Below are positions 8,103 through 22,407 of a DNA stretch of 64,000 bases, piece by piece (position 1 is the stretch's first letter; each line of letters begins with the position of its first letter). The notes below the pieces were generated by a model that worked only from the letters and a program-made list of their open reading frames with translations, ran no database searches and was not told the origin of the DNA. The translations under genes and the position numbers were made by a program. The DNA comes from Candidatus Omnitrophota bacterium (lineage in GTDB: Bacteria > Omnitrophota > Gorgyraeia > 2-02-FULL-51-18): NCBI GenBank assembly GCA_016197155.1, contig JACPWF010000024.1:17432-81431 (forward strand). Direction: 5' to 3'.

Positions 8103-8924
8103 TCATCCTGAGGCCGCCGAAGGTGACCGAAGGATCCCATCGTGTATCAGATTCTTCGTCGCTTCGCTCCTCAGAATGACCTCTCGAGTAAACTCCCTGT
8201 ACTTTCTGGCCCCCTCCGAATCCTTATCGTAGAGGTAAATCGGCTTTCCAAATCCCGGCGCCTCGCTCAGGCGAATATTCCGGGGGATCACGGTGTTGTA
8301 AACTTTTTTTCCAAAATGCTTTTTCACCTCGCCAATCACCTCCTGGGTCAGGTTTGTGCGAAAATCCGCCATGGTCATCACGATGCCTTCGATTTCGAGG
8401 TTAAAATTCAAATTTTCCTTCACAAGGTCAATCGTTTTAACCAATTGGCTCAAACCCTCCAGAGCATAGTATTCGCATTGAATGGGAATCAAAACCGAAT
8501 GGGCGCCGGTGAGCGCGTTGATCGTGAGGAGTCCCAGAGACGGCGGGCAGTCGACGATGACGAAATCGAAGGACGGATCGATCTGGCCGAGGAATTTTTT
8601 GAGTTTTCCCTCTCGGCCCAGTTCGCTCACGAGCTCCACCTCCGCGCCGGAAAGATTTTCATTGGCGGCGACCATCGAGAGATTGGGAATGACGGTGGAA
8701 ACGATGAGTTCCGGCGAAGGGGAATTTTCGAGAAGCGCGTGGTAGGTGGATTTTTCGACTTTTCGTTTGTCAATCCCCATGCCGCTGGTGGCATTGCCCT
8801 GGGGATCCAAATCGACGAGCAAAACTTTTTTTCCTTCGAGAGCCAAACCCGCCGCCAGAGAAATCGCGGTGCTCGTTTTCCCGACTCCTCCTTTTTGATT
8901 GCAGATGGCAATTATTTTGGGCAT
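8103..8924 (-). CDS. parA: chromosome partitioning ATPase ParA/Soj
   Basis: 273 aa. Deviant Walker A KGGVGKTSTAISLAAGLA. The last ~12 codons run into the palindromic repeat at 8104-8139. Confidence 0.95.
   Translation of the reverse strand: MPKIIAICNQKGGVGKTSTAISLAAGLALEGKKVLLVDLDPQGNATSGMGIDKRKVEKSTYHALLENSPSPELIVSTVIPNLSMVAANENLSGAEVELVSELGREGKLKKFLGQIDPSFDFVIVDCPPSLGLLTINALTGAHSVLIPIQCEYYALEGLSQLVKTIDLVKENLNFNLEIEGIVMTMADFRTNLTQEVIGEVKKHFGKKVYNTVIPRNIRLSEAPGFGKPIYLYDKDSEGARKYREFTREVILRSEATKNLIHDGILRSPSAASG
8104..8139. repeat. palindromic repeat GTCATCCTGAGG...CGAAGGATC (copy 1)
   Basis: gtcatcctgaggccgccgaaggtgaccgaaggatcc. Shares both termini with 9045-9081. Confidence 0.5.
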
Positions 8925-9044
8925 CTTGAAGAGATAATATTCGAAGACAATCGGCGTGTCAATGAAAAACTACTGTTTCCACGTGGAAACTGACCGCGCG
9001 TCGGACTTACGGAGCGATTCGCGACGTCAAGTCCGCCACGCGCG

Positions 9045-9081
9045 GTCATCCTGAGGAGGCGCGACCTAGCGCCGACGAAGG
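9045..9081. repeat. palindromic repeat GTCATCCTGAGG...CGAAGGATC (copy 2), immediately 3' of mnmG
   Basis: gtcatcctgaggaggcgcgacctagcgccgacgaaggatc. Hairpin-forming and terminator-like in position. Confidence 0.5.
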
Positions 9082-9082
9082 A

Positions 9083-10903
9083 TCAGTCCACCCTTTTCAA
9101 CTTTTCAATATGGATCGCCAGCACCGAAATATCACAGGGCGTGATTCCCGAAATCCGAGCGGCCTGTCCCAGAGAGGCCGGTTTCGTTCTCTCAAATTTC
9201 TCTTTAGCCTCCCGGCTCATTCCTTTAATTTCACTAAAATTCACAAAATCAGGAATCTTTTTCTCTTCGTACTGCTTCAGCCGGTTCACGAGAGTCTCTT
9301 CTCTTTGAATGTAGCCCGCGTACTTGATCTCGATTTCGACCTGCCTTTCAATTTCTTCATCCTCAATGCCCTCATTTAGGATCCCCAAAACGTCTTTCAG
9401 GCGAATTTCAGACCGCCTAAGGTATTGATCCATAGGCACTTGATTGTATCGGCTTTTACGGATTTTCTCGACCCATTCCTGTATCCTTTTTTGTTTGGCC
9501 GAAAACCGATTAAACTGCTCTTTCGAGATCAGTCCCAGTTCATGGCCATACCCTAGGAGTCTTTTGTCCGCATTGTCCTGTCTCAAAAGTAAACGGTGCT
9601 CGGCCCGCGAAGTAAACATTCTGTAAGGCTCTTCTGTACCATTGGTTACGAGATCATCAATCAGCACGCCAATGTAGGCCTCGGCGCGCCCCAAAATAAA
9701 TGGTTTTTTGTTTCTCATTTTCAGAACCGCGTTGATCCCGGCCATGAGCCCCTGACAGGCGGCCTCTTCGTAGCCGGAGGTGCCGTTGATTTGGCCGGCC
9801 AGATACAGATTTTCTATTTTTTTTGTCTCGAGCGTGTGCTTCACCTGTGTCGGTGGACAAAAATCGTACTCAATCGCGTATCCAAATCTCATAAGTTCAG
9901 TATTTTCAAGTCCTTCAATACTTCTTATAAGTTTTATTTGAAGATCCTGTGGAAAACTTGTTGAAAACCCGTTTATATAAATTTCCTGAGTCAAACGTCC
10001 CTCGGGCTCGAGAAAAAGTTGGTGGCGTTCCTTATCCGCGAAGCGGTAAACCTTGTCTTCGATCGAAGGACAGTAGCGCGGCCCGCGGCTTTGAATTTTT
10101 CCGGAGTAAAGAGGGGAACGGTGAATATTTTCCTTGATGAGCGCGTGAGTTTTTTCGTTTGTATAAGTGAGGTGGCAGGGAAGTTGGTCTTGCGTGATTT
10201 TTTCCGTGTGAAAACTAAAAGGCGTCGGGCTTTCGTCGCCGTGTTGGGCTTCGAGTTTTGAAAAATCGATCGAGCGGGCGTTGAGGCGCGGCGGGGTGCC
10301 GGTTTTGAGGCGCTTGATTTCAAATCCGAGGCCCGCCAGACACCCCGATAGGCCCAGAGAGGGCTTGTCGCCCGCGCGGCCGCCGCCGAACGTCACGTCC
10401 CCGATGTGGATGAGGCCGTTTAAGAAAGTGCCGGTGGTCACGATCACCGCGTTCGCGGCATAAAACGTCTGGATCGTGGTCACGACGCCCTTGACGGCGT
10501 TTCCGTCGGTCAAAATTTCCTTCACCTCGCCCTGCTTCAGATCCAAATTTGCCTGCGACTCCAAAATATTTTTCATCGTCATCGCGTAGAGTTTTTTGTC
10601 GCACTGCGCGCGAGGCGCCCACACCGCGGGGCCCTTGCTCGTGTTTAGCATGCGGAATTGGATGCCGGTTTGGTCGGTGACGCGCGCCATTTCGCCGCCG
10701 AGCGCGTCGATCTCGCGCACGATGTGGCCCTTGGCGATGCCGCCGACGGCGGGATTGCAGGACATCTGCGCCACGGAGTCGATATTCATGGTGAGCATCA
10801 AGGTTTTCGCGCCCATTCGCGCGGCGGCAAGCGACGCCTCACAGCCGGCGTGTCCGGCGCCGATCACGATGACGTCGTATTTTTTTTCGGAGATCCCGTT
10901 CAC
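9083..10903 (-). CDS. mnmG: tRNA uridine 5-carboxymethylaminomethyl modification enzyme MnmG (GidA)
   Basis: The ORF frame extends to 11305, but conservation starts at VNGISEKKYDVIVIGAGHAGCEA (FAD-binding GxGxxG). A GTG at 10903 overlaps the yidC stop (GTGA). Length ~607 aa, typical for MnmG. Confidence 0.9.
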   Translation of the reverse strand: MNGISEKKYDVIVIGAGHAGCEASLAAARMGAKTLMLTMNIDSVAQMSCNPAVGGIAKGHIVREIDALGGEMARVTDQTGIQFRMLNTSKGPAVWAPRAQCDKKLYAMTMKNILESQANLDLKQGEVKEILTDGNAVKGVVTTIQTFYAANAVIVTTGTFLNGLIHIGDVTFGGGRAGDKPSLGLSGCLAGLGFEIKRLKTGTPPRLNARSIDFSKLEAQHGDESPTPFSFHTEKITQDQLPCHLTYTNEKTHALIKENIHRSPLYSGKIQSRGPRYCPSIEDKVYRFADKERHQLFLEPEGRLTQEIYINGFSTSFPQDLQIKLIRSIEGLENTELMRFGYAIEYDFCPPTQVKHTLETKKIENLYLAGQINGTSGYEEAACQGLMAGINAVLKMRNKKPFILGRAEAYIGVLIDDLVTNGTEEPYRMFTSRAEHRLLLRQDNADKRLLGYGHELGLISKEQFNRFSAKQKRIQEWVEKIRKSRYNQVPMDQYLRRSEIRLKDVLGILNEGIEDEEIERQVEIEIKYAGYIQREETLVNRLKQYEEKKIPDFVNFSEIKGMSREAKEKFERTKPASLGQAARISGITPCDISVLAIHIEKLKRVD

Positions 10904-12543
10904 GAAACGAGGGTCATGTTTTTCAGGCGCAGTTGATAAAACGTCATGAGGAGCGTGTTGGTGAGCCAGTAAAGCACCAGTCCCGACGGCATGGAATAAA
11001 AAATAAATCCGAAAAGGACCGGCATCATCACCGCCATCATTTTTTGCTGGGATTCCGTCGCGGGGTCCTGGCCTTCGAGTTTGATTTGGGTGAATTTTTG
11101 CTGAAGGGCCATCGCCGCCGCCATGAGGAGCGGCAAGATGTGAACGCTGTTGCCCAGAAAGGGGAGGGAGAGTCCCAACGGCACGCTGTCGGGCGAGGAA
11201 AGGTCCCGGATCCAGAGCAGTTTGGAATTGATCAAAATCACGGACTTCGAAAGGGCCACGTAAAGCGCGATGAAAACCGGCATCTGGATCAGCATCGGCA
11301 GGCAACCGCCGAAGGGATTGACCTTGTGCTTCTTGTAAAGCTCCATCGTCTCGCGGTTCAGCTTCTCCGGATTTTTCTTGTGCTGTTCGCGCAGGCGCGT
11401 CATCTGCGGCTGAACCAACTGCATCCGTTTCATCGACAGGTAACTCACGCGCGTGAACGGAAAGAGGAGGAGGTTGATGAGCACCGTGAGGGCGATGATG
11501 GACAGGCCGTAATTCTTAAAAATTTTATGCAAAAGTTCGAGCCCTCCCACCAGTATTTTCCCGATGGCGTCCAGTTTTCCGAAGTTCACGAGCGGCCCCA
11601 GGCCGATCGGATCCAGCTCCTGAAGCTCATTGGGTCCGATGTAAATTTGAAACTCGTGCTCCGCGGACGAACGGGCGAGCACGGAAATTTTTTCGGAAAC
11701 CAGAGAAGTCTTTGAGCGGTGGCCGCCCAGGCCCTGCACGAGGCCCGTGAACCCGCCGCCCGAGAGCGGCTTCACGAGGATGGAAAAATGCCTGTCTTTC
11801 ACGGCGACCCACTCGGGCGGCACGAGGCTCGAAACGCTTTTTCCGAGCTTGGTCTCCTTCACGTGACGGATCTCGGGGCGGCCGCCGGCGTTCGAGTAAA
11901 AATTGGACTCGAGGTACTGGCTGTCAATCGAGTGGCGCGGGGGAATGTCCGGGCCGACCACGAGGGCATACCGAAACTCGATCGCTTCGGAGGAATTATT
12001 TTGAAAACTCAGGCGCAGTTTGCCGTCGTAGCGCGCGGCGCCGAACGTGAGCGTTTTTTTGATTTTCAGCTTGCCGCCTAAAACGGTTTCCGCGAGAATA
12101 TTTTCCGGATCCGCCGCCCGGACCTCATAATCGCCGGCGGCCTCGGCCGGAAGACCGGCATTATTTTCTAAAATCTCCGCCGCGAACGGGGCCTGTCCCG
12201 AATCCTCGAGTGAAACGAGGCGGAGCGGCCTCTGTGTTTCCGAATCGGCGAATTTTTTGAAAGCAATTTCGCGCAAGACCCCGCCTTTTTTGTTGAACAC
12301 CAGGCGCAGGTTTTCATTTTCAAAAAGAATATCCCCGGCCGGCGACAGCTCGGCGGCGGACGCGGAGACAGCGGCGGAATGGGGCAGGGCCGGACTCGCC
12401 GGCGAAGCCGGTTTTATGAAACCGGCCTTGGGCGCGGACGCCGCGGGGCCTTTATAATCCGGATAAATTTTCTGCAAAATAACCGGATAAAATCCCAACA
12501 TTAAAAACGAAAGGGTCAGCGCCAGAAGCGTTCTTTTTTCCAT
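10900..12543 (-). CDS. yidC: membrane protein insertase YidC
   Basis: 547 aa. N-terminal TM segment, periplasmic domain, conserved C-terminal TM core (FGGCLPMLIQMPVFIALY). Confidence 0.95.
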   Translation of the reverse strand: MEKRTLLALTLSFLMLGFYPVILQKIYPDYKGPAASAPKAGFIKPASPASPALPHSAAVSASAAELSPAGDILFENENLRLVFNKKGGVLREIAFKKFADSETQRPLRLVSLEDSGQAPFAAEILENNAGLPAEAAGDYEVRAADPENILAETVLGGKLKIKKTLTFGAARYDGKLRLSFQNNSSEAIEFRYALVVGPDIPPRHSIDSQYLESNFYSNAGGRPEIRHVKETKLGKSVSSLVPPEWVAVKDRHFSILVKPLSGGGFTGLVQGLGGHRSKTSLVSEKISVLARSSAEHEFQIYIGPNELQELDPIGLGPLVNFGKLDAIGKILVGGLELLHKIFKNYGLSIIALTVLINLLLFPFTRVSYLSMKRMQLVQPQMTRLREQHKKNPEKLNRETMELYKKHKVNPFGGCLPMLIQMPVFIALYVALSKSVILINSKLLWIRDLSSPDSVPLGLSLPFLGNSVHILPLLMAAAMALQQKFTQIKLEGQDPATESQQKMMAVMMPVLFGFIFYSMPSGLVLYWLTNTLLMTFYQLRLKNMTLVS

Positions 12544-12764
12544 TAATCCTCGATGCCGGGAAGCGGGTCATCGCCCCCGGCGCAAAACGGGTGACAGCGG
12601 GACAATCGCGAAAGCGTCAAAGAAAAGGCCCTGAAATAACCAAAGCGATCAAAGGCCTGGGCGGCGTAGCGCGAACAGCTCGGGTGAAACCGGCAGGCCG
12701 CTCCCTGAACGGTTCCAAAAAAAAGGGAGACAAAACGGATGAGGGTGACGGTGATTTTTTTCAT
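12543..12764 (-). CDS. yidD: membrane protein insertion efficiency factor YidD
   Basis: 73 aa. CRFHPSCSRYAAQAFDRFG motif. Confidence 0.9.
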   Translation of the reverse strand: MKKITVTLIRFVSLFFGTVQGAACRFHPSCSRYAAQAFDRFGYFRAFSLTLSRLSRCHPFCAGGDDPLPGIED

Positions 12765-13046
12765 TCAAAGCGCCTTTAAAAGAGCCCCCAGGGCGCGCCG
12801 CGCCGTTTCCAAATCCACTTTTTCGGGCCGGTTTTTCACCTGAAAAAGATAAACCCCGTTTCCGCCCGGCGGCAGGCCCTCGGCGCGGATGGCCTCGCGG
12901 AGCACTCTCCGGATCCGGTTCCGCGCGGTGGCCAAGGGCACAACTTTTCGGGGAATGGAGATCAGAAAAGGTTTTCGAGAGCGCTTTACGCCGGCCGCGT
13001 CGCGGTCCAATAATTTAAGCGCCAGCCAAAACTCTTGGGGAACCAT
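12765..13046 (-). CDS. rnpA: ribonuclease P protein component
   Basis: Conserved part MVPQEFWLALK...ARNRIRRVLREAIR. The ORF frame extends upstream through rpmH. ATG at 13046 chosen. Confidence 0.8.
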   Translation of the reverse strand: MVPQEFWLALKLLDRDAAGVKRSRKPFLISIPRKVVPLATARNRIRRVLREAIRAEGLPPGGNGVYLFQVKNRPEKVDLETARRALGALLKAL

Positions 13047-13051
13047 TGCGG

Positions 13052-13189
13052 CTAGACCGTGAGGACATGCCGCCCTTTTTGCCGGCGGCGGCGCAGGACC
13101 GCGCGGCCGTCTTTGGTTTGCATGCGCTTGCGAAAACCGTGCGTGCGTTTTCGTTTGATATTGGATTTGTTGGTCAGCGTTTTTTTCAT
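13052..13189 (-). CDS. rpmH: 50S ribosomal protein L34
   Basis: Not in the ORF track because it is under 60 aa. Minus-strand ATG at 13189 gives [45 protein letters not shown]. Confidence 0.9.
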   Translation of the reverse strand: MKKTLTNKSNIKRKRTHGFRKRMQTKDGRAVLRRRRQKGRHVLTV

Positions 13190-13223
13190 AAATTTCCCCG
13201 TGAGTTGAGGGATTATAACACAA

Positions 13224-13472
13224 TCTGCTACCTAGTCAAGCAATCCTGATGCGCAGTTTAGAAAATAGTAGTTGAAATATCGAAAGGGAGTTGTTATAAT
13301 CACGCTCGACTTTTTGGTTTTCCGGTTAAAAGTGGCGCTGTGGATAAATTGTTGATAAGTTTACAAAATCCCTTTCTGAATTTTTGCTTGAATAATATTT
13401 TCTTAATCTATTATAAATAAACAACTTATATTAAAAAATAATTCAATAAATTAAGCCTCTCTAGAAAAACCT
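13224..13472. promoter_or_regulatory. oriC left part: AT-rich unwinding region with DnaA boxes
   Basis: TGTGGATAA at 13339-13347 and 13472-13480 (the latter overlaps the dnaA GTG start). Long AT-rich tract at 13380-13460. Confidence 0.7.
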
Positions 13473-14846
13473 GTGGATAAAAATAGATTGAATTCGCCGG
13501 ACGGGATTTGGGTGAAGGCGATGGATGGCCTTCAAAAAGAGCTGAGTTCCCAAGTCTGCGAGCGTTGGCTAAAGCCGATCCGCCCCCTCTCCCTCGGAGA
13601 AGGGGAGCTCACTCTCGGGGTCCCCGACGAGTTCTTCAAAAACTGGATCATTGACCATTACGGGCCCATTATTTCCCTATCGATTAAGGAAATAGTTAAT
13701 AATCAAAATTTTAAGGTTGGATTTGAGCTGTATAATGAGCAAAATCAATTAGATATAGCTATTACCGATTCGGCCAATCAAGACACAAAACCGGCCCATA
13801 TTCCGACAATCCCCCAAGGTTTTCAAGAGTTTACATTCAATAACCGGTACACCTTCGAAAGTTTCGTAGTCGGCCCCTCAAACCGCTTCGCCCATGCCGC
13901 CTCCATGGCCGTCGCCCAAACACCGGCCAAGGCCTACAACCCCCTTTTCATTTACGGCCCTGTCGGTTTGGGAAAGACTCACCTGATGCAAGCCATTGGG
14001 CAGTCAATACTTACAAAATACCCCTCCACGAAAGTCCTCTACATCACCAGCGAAAAATTCACCAATCAACTCATCAACGCGATCAAAACCGGCACGACGA
14101 TCCGGTTCCGGGAAAAATACAGAAACGTTGACTGCCTTTTGATCGACGACATTCATTTCATCGCCGGGAAAGAATCGACGATGCAGGAATTTTTTCACAC
14201 GTTCAACACGCTCTACGACGCCCACAAGCAGATCGTCGTCTCGAGCGACAAGCCGCCGAAGGACATTTCCAATCTGGAGGAGCGGCTTGTCTCGCGCTTT
14301 GAGTGGGGCCTGGTCACGGACATCCAACCGCCCGATTTTGAGACGCGCACGGCCATTTTGAGAAAAAAAGCGGACCGGGAAAACCTTCATATCCCCGATT
14401 CCGTGACGTTTTTCATTGCGGATAAAATAAAATCCAATATCCGCGAACTGGAGGGCGCGCTCATCCGCGTGGTCGCCTATTCCAAGCTCGTCGGAAAAGA
14501 AGTGGACGAAACGGTCGCGCAGGAAGTCTTAAAAGATTTGATCGTGGCCGATCAAAAGAAGATTACGATTGACCTTATTCAAAGGAGAGTGGCAGAATAT
14601 TTTGAGATACGCCCGTCGGACATGACGGCCAAGCGAAGGTCCCGAAATGTCGTTTATCCCAGGCACATTGCCATGTACCTTTCCCGGGAAATGACCAGCC
14701 TTTCCCTTCCGGAGATTGGGGAGCAATTCGGCGGCAGGGACCACACCACCATTTTGCACGCTTATGAAAAAATAAGAAAGGACGTCAAAAAAGACCAAAA
14801 GGTGAAATGGCTTGTGGATAAGTTGATGACTGAGGTTAAAAAATAA
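13473..14846 (+). CDS. dnaA: chromosomal replication initiator DnaA
   Basis: 457 aa. AAA+ Walker A GPVGLGKTHL, box VII, C-terminal DNA-binding helix. GTG start. Confidence 0.95.
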   Translation: MDKNRLNSPDGIWVKAMDGLQKELSSQVCERWLKPIRPLSLGEGELTLGVPDEFFKNWIIDHYGPIISLSIKEIVNNQNFKVGFELYNEQNQLDIAITDSANQDTKPAHIPTIPQGFQEFTFNNRYTFESFVVGPSNRFAHAASMAVAQTPAKAYNPLFIYGPVGLGKTHLMQAIGQSILTKYPSTKVLYITSEKFTNQLINAIKTGTTIRFREKYRNVDCLLIDDIHFIAGKESTMQEFFHTFNTLYDAHKQIVVSSDKPPKDISNLEERLVSRFEWGLVTDIQPPDFETRTAILRKKADRENLHIPDSVTFFIADKIKSNIRELEGALIRVVAYSKLVGKEVDETVAQEVLKDLIVADQKKITIDLIQRRVAEYFEIRPSDMTAKRRSRNVVYPRHIAMYLSREMTSLSLPEIGEQFGGRDHTTILHAYEKIRKDVKKDQKVKWLVDKLMTEVKK

Positions 14847-15004
14847 AGGGGTTGTGGATAACCCGGTAGTTATCCACAAGGTAAGGTTGGGGTAAGTTGT
14901 TTTAAAAATTAATTTTGGGGACTATTCAGATTATCAACAGGCCCTACTACTAATACGGTTTTATTTAGAGTAATTAAAATAATAAAAGCAGAGCGGGGGG
15001 TGCC
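14847..15004. promoter_or_regulatory. oriC right part: DnaA boxes between dnaA and dnaN
   Basis: TGTGGATAA at 14853-14861 and inverted TTATCCACA at 14870-14878. Weaker agattatcaaca. AT-rich. Confidence 0.65.
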
Positions 15005-16104
15005 ATGAAAATAAGCGTGTCGAAGGAAAATTTGTTAAGGGGAATTCAGGCCGTGCAGAATGCCGTCAGCACCAAAAGCACCCTTCCCATCCTTTCCCAT
15101 ATTCTTTTGGAGGCGAAGAAAAATGAAATCCGTTTAACCGCGACAGACTTGGAGATTGGTGTTTCCATTAAAATTGACGGGGAGGTCGCCGAGGAAGGGG
15201 CCATCACCGTTCCCGCGAGAAAGTTCAGCGAGATCATTAAGGAACTTCATCCGCAAAAACCCATCCATATTTCCGTGAAGAAAGGGCAATCCATCCAGAT
15301 TGATTCAGATAAGAGCTATTTTCGCTTGATGGGCCTTTTGAGGGATGATTTTCCGCAGCTCCCCGATTTTTCATCCAAAGGATCGGACATGGTAAAAATT
15401 CCTCAAAAAACATTAAAGGAGATGATTCAACTCACCTCTTTCGCGATGAGCCACGACGAAACGCGGTATGTTTTAAACGGGATTCTTTTCAGTTTTAAGG
15501 ATAAAATTTTAAAACTGGTCGCGACGGACGGGCGAAGGCTGGCGATCATCGAAAAGACGATCGAAGAACTCGGCCATTTTAAAAAAGAGGTGATTTTGCC
15601 GATGAAAACCACCCAGGAACTGTCGCGAAATTTAACGGACGAGGGAGAGGTGTTTTTTTCCTTTAAGGAAAATCAGGCCCAGATCGGTTTGGGACCGATC
15701 CACATCACGTCGCGTTTGATCGAGGGGGAATATCCGAACTACGAGCAGGTGGTTCCGAAGAAAACAAAGGAGGAACTGCGGATCAACACCCAGGAATTTC
15801 TGCAGGCGGCGCGGCGCGCGAGTATTTTGACGAGTCAGGACTCGCAGTCGGTTAAAATTAATTTTATCAAAGACCGGATGATCATCACCAAAAACACGCC
15901 GGAGGTGGGAGAGGCCCGAGAGGAAGTGGAAGTGGATTATAAGGGCGGGGAGTTTGTGATCGGGTTTAATCCGGCGTTTTTGATCGATGTGTTGAAAAAT
16001 ATTGAGGAAGAAAATATTCATTTGGGCCTCACCGACCCCGAGAAGCCCGCGGTGATCCGTAGCGGAAAAGACTATACCTACATCGTTCTCCCCATGCAGG
16101 TGAC

Positions 16105-16108
<4 letters not shown>
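15005..16108 (+). CDS. dnaN: DNA polymerase III beta sliding clamp
   Basis: 367 aa, three-domain clamp. MKISVSKENLLRGIQAVQNAVSTKSTLPILSHILLEA. Confidence 0.95.
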
Positions 16109-18866
<2,758 letters not shown>

Positions 18867-18892
18867 GGAATTTGGATATTTAAGGAATAAAG

Positions 18893-21358
<2,466 letters not shown>

Positions 21359-21373
<15 letters not shown>

Positions 21374-21433
21374 CCTGGCTTAGGACATCACCCTTTCACG
21401 GTGATGACACGGGTTCAAATCCCGTTGGGGTCG
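21359..21433 (+). tRNA. tRNA-Glu (anticodon TTC)
   Basis: GACCCCA TC GTCTAGCCTGGCTTAGGAC A TCACC CTTTCAC GGTGA TGAC ACGGG TTCAAAT CCCGT TGGGGTC G. Nearly collinear with E. coli tRNA-Glu. Overlaps the last codons of gyrA. Confidence 0.85.
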
Positions 21434-21484
21434 TGGATTCGACGCGCCGTGAGGAAAAGTATTTCCTCACGGCTTGCTCACCAC
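21428..21484 (+). repeat. 57-bp direct repeat, copy B (left boundary of the nitrate/Moco block); begins in the tRNA-Glu 3' end
   Basis: gggtcgtggattcgacgcgccgtgaggaaaAGTAtttcctcacggcttgctcaccac. Identical to 34548-34604 except that the 4-nt hairpin loop is reverse-complemented. Confidence 0.8.
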
Positions 21485-21620
21485 GAGCCTAGTCGAATCC
21501 ATAGCCGACTTTCAACAAAATTTTAAAATGATTTTCGTTTTTAACTTCCGATTCACATCTCCGTAACATTCACCCGTATCATGACCATCCTGCGAGCAAA
21601 AAACCATAAAGGCGCGGAAG

Positions 21621-22310
21621 ATGAGGGAAAAACGGCACTTGGAAGTCTTGTACCAAATAAGCCGCGCCCTCGTGGGAAAGCAGGATTTGGACGCTATCCT
21701 TCAGCAGGTCGTCACGATGACGGCGGAGCTGGTAGGTTCTAAAATTTGTTCTTTGATTTTGTTGGACTTGGGCAGAGATGAGCTGGCCATAAAAGCAACC
21801 CAGAGTCTCAGTCTTTCCTACAAGGAAAAACCGAACATTCCGGTGAGCCGCAGTGTCAGCGGAATGGTGATCAGGAAAAAGCAGGCCATTCAAGTGGGAG
21901 ATGTCACGAAGGATCCGCTGTACGGCTATCCCGAGATCGCCAAGCAGGAAGGTTTAAAGTCGCTTTTGTGTGTGCCGCTGGTGCTCTCGGGCAAGGTGAT
22001 AGGCGTTCTGAATTGTTACACGGAAGAGGAAAAAGTTTTCACAAACGAGGAAATACAGCTTGTTCAAATGGTGGCCAATCAGGCGGCCATCGTCATTGAA
22101 CACGTCCGGGTTGTTTCCGAAGAGGCGCGGGCCAAACTCGCCCTCGAGACGAAAAAAGCCGTGGATGCCGCTAAACGCGTTTTGATGAAGAAACGCAAAA
22201 TAAGCGAAGAAGAGGCCCATCGGTTCATTCAGCGGGCCAGCATGGAGAAAAATAAGCCGCAAAAGGAAATTGCCGAAGCTGTTCTCATGGCAGTGGAACT
22301 AGAAAAGTAG
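21621..22310 (+). CDS. GAF-ANTAR RNA-binding antitermination regulator (NasT/AmiR-like)
   Basis: 229 aa. N-terminal GAF (LGRDELAIKATQSL...GVLNCYTEEE). C-terminal ANTAR with coiled-coil (ALETKKAVDAAKRVLMKKRKISEEEAHRFIQRASMEKNKPQKEIAEAV). Confidence 0.8.
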   Translation: MREKRHLEVLYQISRALVGKQDLDAILQQVVTMTAELVGSKICSLILLDLGRDELAIKATQSLSLSYKEKPNIPVSRSVSGMVIRKKQAIQVGDVTKDPLYGYPEIAKQEGLKSLLCVPLVLSGKVIGVLNCYTEEEKVFTNEEIQLVQMVANQAAIVIEHVRVVSEEARAKLALETKKAVDAAKRVLMKKRKISEEEAHRFIQRASMEKNKPQKEIAEAVLMAVELEK

Positions 22311-22327
22311 CCGAAAAAGTTTTATTT

Positions 22328-22371
22328 AAGGATAAAGACGTCCTTATTTTGGAGGGAGTCAATGGCGACTC
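22328..22371 (+). promoter_or_regulatory. candidate ANTAR dual-hairpin RNA target in the nirB leader
   Basis: AAGGAU-AAAGAC-GUCCUU and GAGUC-AAUGGC-GACUC. Two stems with hexaloops carrying A at position 1 and G at position 4, 10-nt linker. U-run at ~22388. Confidence 0.55.
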
Positions 22372-22407
22372 CGATCAAGATAAGGACTTTTTATTTCTGA
22401 GGGTTTT

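Noticed and set aside
9083-11305. 740-aa reading of mnmG and 307-aa reading of coaC with long N-terminal extensions
   Set aside because: The extensions are low-complexity Arg/Pro/Gly sequence overlapping the upstream genes (yidC, gmk). Conserved domains begin at internal starts that coincide with upstream stop codons.
21427-21620. Possible tmRNA (ssrA) 5' end: GGGGTCGTGGATTCGACGCG closely matches the tmRNA 5' consensus GGGGnnGnnGGAUUCGAC
   Set aside because: The GGGGTCG is the 3' acceptor strand of a well-formed tRNA-Glu. No downstream tag reading frame, pseudoknots or T-arm-CCA lie at a suitable distance. The same 57-mer recurs at 34548 without any tRNA-like body.
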